In this document: positions 38,101 to 42,100 of the stretch, in pieces | Position numbering within the stretch: position 1 is the first letter of the stretch | Layout of the letters: every line of letters starts with the position of its first letter | Source: Rhizaria sp. SCN 62-66 | Taxonomy: Eukaryota | Assembly: GCA_001724265.1 (NCBI GenBank) | Contig: MEDY01000034.1 | Coordinates: forward strand, 1 to 64,000 | DNA length: 64,000 bases | Direction of reading: 5' to 3' | The notes under the pieces: generated by a model | Told to the model about the DNA's origin: nothing | Seen by the model: only the letters and a program-made list of their open reading frames with translations | The model's database searches: none | Program-made: the position numbers and the translations under genes

Positions 38101-38381
38101 ATGGCCGGCCGGGAGTACTCGCGCATGAGCGCAGAGAGCGAGATGGAGAGCGACTGCACCTCGGGCGTGGCCATGGCGAGCAGCTCCTCGAGGCGGTCGC
38201 CGTCCAGGCGCGCGGCCTGCTGGGTAGCGATGGACGCGACGGAAGCGCTCGGGGAAGCACCCGGAACGCCGGTGACATGTGGGGAGGCATGTGTGGCGTT
38301 CGCGGTCGCGTGTGAGGGCTCGGAATGCTTGTCGTCGTTCTTGGGCTTGTCTCCCTTGAGGAAGCCGAAGAGACGCTTCAT
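8148..38381 (-). CDS. WDFY3: Giant WDFY3/ALFY-like BEACH protein (ConA/LamG-like, extra WD40, PH, BEACH, WD40, FYVE), 10,077 aa, single ORF
   Basis: BEACH (about 12420-11560): [99 protein letters not shown]. FYVE (about 8352-8170): WVPDE..C..C...[14 protein letters not shown]..C...VRVCVTC. LamG-like FTFTTWV...WHHVAISY...IYLDGQ. TGA stop. Confidence 0.9.
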   Translation of the reverse strand: [10077 protein letters not shown]

Positions 38382-39142
38382 TGCTCGCTCAAGTGGCGGG
38401 CGGGCAAGGCTCTGCCGCGCTGCGAGAAAGGGATCTGAAGAGAGCCTGGTAGGGCTGCGCGATAGTAGGGCACACGGAAAAGGCCCAGGAGATGCTTAAT
38501 ACAGCAAAAAGAACTATACCCCGTTTGAAGGAGGAGTGGGGGCGAAGGGAGGCACTTGACAAGGCGCCTTGTTTTGAGCTCTTCGAAAAGAAAGGTTAGT
38601 GAAGTGGAGGCATTATGAAAGTAAGAGTAAGTGAATGGATTTCGTAGAAATGTAGATTCTGGATCTATATAAAAAGCAAGGATGCAACCTCATGGACATG
38701 TGCCGCTGCATAAGACGTGATACAATAGGCGTTCTCCTCGCCCCGGCGCGATCGCGAGGCGCCCGCCGCGACGGCAGCGGGCCCACGGTCATTGAGTTCG
38801 AACCGAAGCCGTTGAGACTTTCAAAGAGTACACTGCGCGATATCCATCATCAATAGTTGTGTTGTTTGGTATCAGGCTTTTTTCATGGCGCAACTATCTT
38901 CCGCTTTTATTACACTGTCGATTGAAGTCATGTTCCCTCTCTAACAGGATGTGCGGCGCACATCTTGCTGTTGGATGCACCACTTCTTTTGTCCCTCAGA
39001 TCACGCACGGGGATCTAGGCCGTTTGGGCTACAATTTAAAATCAACAATGCCTAGTCTCACTAATTTTCCTTTTGTCTCTTCCGCCTTCTTCTTAACAGC
39101 GTTTTAGCGTCGAGGTTCGCCTGGAGACTCCACGCAGCGCTG

Positions 39143-42100
39143 ATGGCCGAGCAGGACAAGCACAAGGTCTTCGCTTACGCGGAGGTACGTACTGTGCTGG
39201 ACTTGTTAACACCTACGTTTTCACGAGCACCACAATGTTTCAAAGCTCACAATCTCTCTTTTCTTCCCTTTTTTCTTCCAGACCGCCAACCGTGTGCTGC
39301 GTGCCGAACGCACTGCGACCGGACCTAGTTCAGATGTTCGCAGCCTCAAAGAGGTTGGCACTGCAACTCTCGCCCGCCAGTTCGGCGATAAGGTCCGTCT
39401 ACATATAAATCTTCTTTATTTGGCACGTTGTCTTTCTTTCTACTGCCTATACTCACCCGCAATCTGTTTATGTCTTTTATCTACCCTCTGCCCTGCTGTA
39501 GATTCAAACCTCCCGCTCGGAGGACCTGGCGAAGCTTCTCAAGCGCACCGAGGAGCAGCGCCGCCGCCGCACGGGCGGCCTTGAGGGCAGCGAGGAGACC
39601 CGCCGTCAGCGTTACTCCGCCACCGACTCCCTGCTGACCTCCGAGCAGGAGCTGGGCACCTACACGCCGCGCTCCAAGGAGACCCGCGACGTGTACGAGC
39701 TGCTGCTCGCGTCACTACAGACGGAGCTGGGCGACGTCGCGCACGACGTGCTGCGCTCCGCCGCAGACGAAGTCATCGGCATCCTACGTGCGGACCGCGG
39801 CACGCCCGCGGAGAAGCAGCGTGAGTGCGAGGCCGTGCTCACCCGCGGCCGCGCCATCAAGTCCGAGGTCTTCGGCCGCCTCTTCAACCTCTGCCAGAAG
39901 CTCAACGACTACAACCCGACGCCCGACTCGGACGACGAGGGCACGGCGGCCGGCGGCGATGAAGCCGACGGCGCGCAGACGCAGGCGCGGACGTGGATCG
40001 CAATGGACGGCGACGACGACGTCGCGGGCGCGGACAAGGAGGCCGAGACACTCGACGAGCTCGACATGCTCTACGACTTCGACGTCGCCGGGGACGACGA
40101 CGACGACGCCAACGCGGATCAGACGCTCACGGCGGGCGACGACGACACGTATGCGCACGGTGGTGACGACGACGATGGCGCCGAGGCCGGCGGTGTGCGC
40201 CTCAGCGGCGGCCGCGGCGACTACGGCGAGGCCACGGGCGGCCGCTTCAAGGGACTCGTGCCCCCGCGCGCGATCGACGCGCACTGGCTTTCGCGCGTGC
40301 TCGCGAAGCACTATCCCGACGCGACGGAGGCGCAGCGCGTGGCCTCTGCGTGCTTCGCCGTGCTGGCCGACCGGGACGCGGACCTGCAGGCGGCCGAGAC
40401 GAGGCTCGTGGCGCTGCTCGACTACGACAAGTTCGACCTCATCAAGGTGCTGCTGGCTAACCGCGGCGCGATTGTCTACTGCGTGCGGCTCTCCACAGCG
40501 GCGACGGACGGCGAGCGCGGCGTGATCGAGGCCGAGATGTGTCGCGACGACGCGCTCGCGCTCGTGCTCGCACACCTGCAGAGCGGTACCGATTTCACCA
40601 CGGCGTCCGTCACCATCAACGACGGCGCCAGGGCCGCGCAGCAGGGCCGCGACGGCGACGCCGGTGCGCCGGGTAGCGGCGGTGCGTTCTGGCGCAAGCC
40701 GCGCGGCGTGCTGGACCTGGACACGCTGGCGTTCCAGGCGGGCGCGCACGTGGTCAACACGGCCGAGTGCAAGCTGCCCGAGAACAGCGAGATCATCAAC
40801 CATAAGTCGTACCAGGAGGTCCACGTCCCGCCCGCGCGCGCGCGGCCGATGGGTGAGGACGAGAAGTTCGTCTACATCCCCGACCTGCCCGAGTGGGCGC
40901 ACATGGGCTTCCCCAAGATGGAGAAGCTCAACCGCGTCCAGAGCAAGATCTACGACTGCGCGATGTTTTCCCCCGGAAACATGCTCGTGTGCGCGCCCAC
41001 CGGCGCCGGCAAGACCAACTGCGCGATGCTCACGATCATGCGTGAGATCGGCCTCCACCGCGTGGCCGAGGACGACGTGGCGGCGACCAACGTGAATCGC
41101 GCCCCCGGCGCGCCCGCGCTGGACCTGGACTCGTTCAAGATCGTGTACATCGCACCGATGAAGTCGCTCGTGCAGGAAATGGTTCTCAACTTCACCAACC
41201 GGCTGGAGCCCTACGGCATCACGGTGCGCGAGCTCTCCGGCGACGCGCAGCTGACCAAGGCGCAGCTGCAGAGCACGCAGGTAATTGTGACGACCCCCGA
41301 AAAGTGGGACATCGTCACGCGCAAGGCCGGCGACCGCTCGGCGACCAAGAACGTCAAGCTCGTCATCATCGACGAAGTGCACCTGCTGCACGACTCGCGC
41401 GGGCCCGTGCTCGAGGCCATCGTCGCGCGCACGCAGCGCCAGATCGAGGCCTCGCACCAGCACGTGCGCCTCGTCGGCCTGTCTGCGACGCTGCCGAACT
41501 ACGAGGACGTGGCCATGTTCCTCCGCGTCGACCAAGACAAGAACATGTTCTTCTTCGACAACTCGTACCGCCCCTGTCCGCTGCACCAGCAGTTCATCGG
41601 CGTCAATGTCAAGAAGGCGCTGCGCCGCAACGACATGATGAACCAGCTCACGTACGAAAAGGTGCTCGAGCAGGCCGGCAAGAACCAGATCATCGTGTTC
41701 GTGCACTCGCGCAAGGACACTATCGCCACGGCGCGCTTTCTGCGCGACCTTGCCGTGGAGCAGCAGGAGATTGGCCGCTTTCTGGACTCGACCTCCGGCC
41801 ACGCCGAGGTGCTCAAGGCCGAGGCCGCGAACGCCGCGCACGCGGGGCTCAAGGAGCTGCTGCCGTACGGCTTCGCGTTCCACCACGCCGGCATGACGCG
41901 CGCTGACCGCACGCTGGTGGAGGACCTCTTCGCGGGCAAGCATTGCCAGGTGCTGGTGTCGACGGCGACGCTGGCGTGGGGTGTGAACCTGCCCGCGCAC
42001 ACAGTCATCATCAAGGGCACGCAGGTGTACTCGCCCGAGAAGGGCAAGTGGGTCGAGCTCTCGCCGCAGGATGTCACGCAGATGGTGGGCCGCGCCGGCC

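Noticed and set aside
38791-38806. B-box/T-loop-like GAGTTCGAACC suggesting a tRNA
   Set aside because: No T-stem pairing, A-box or cloverleaf on either strand.
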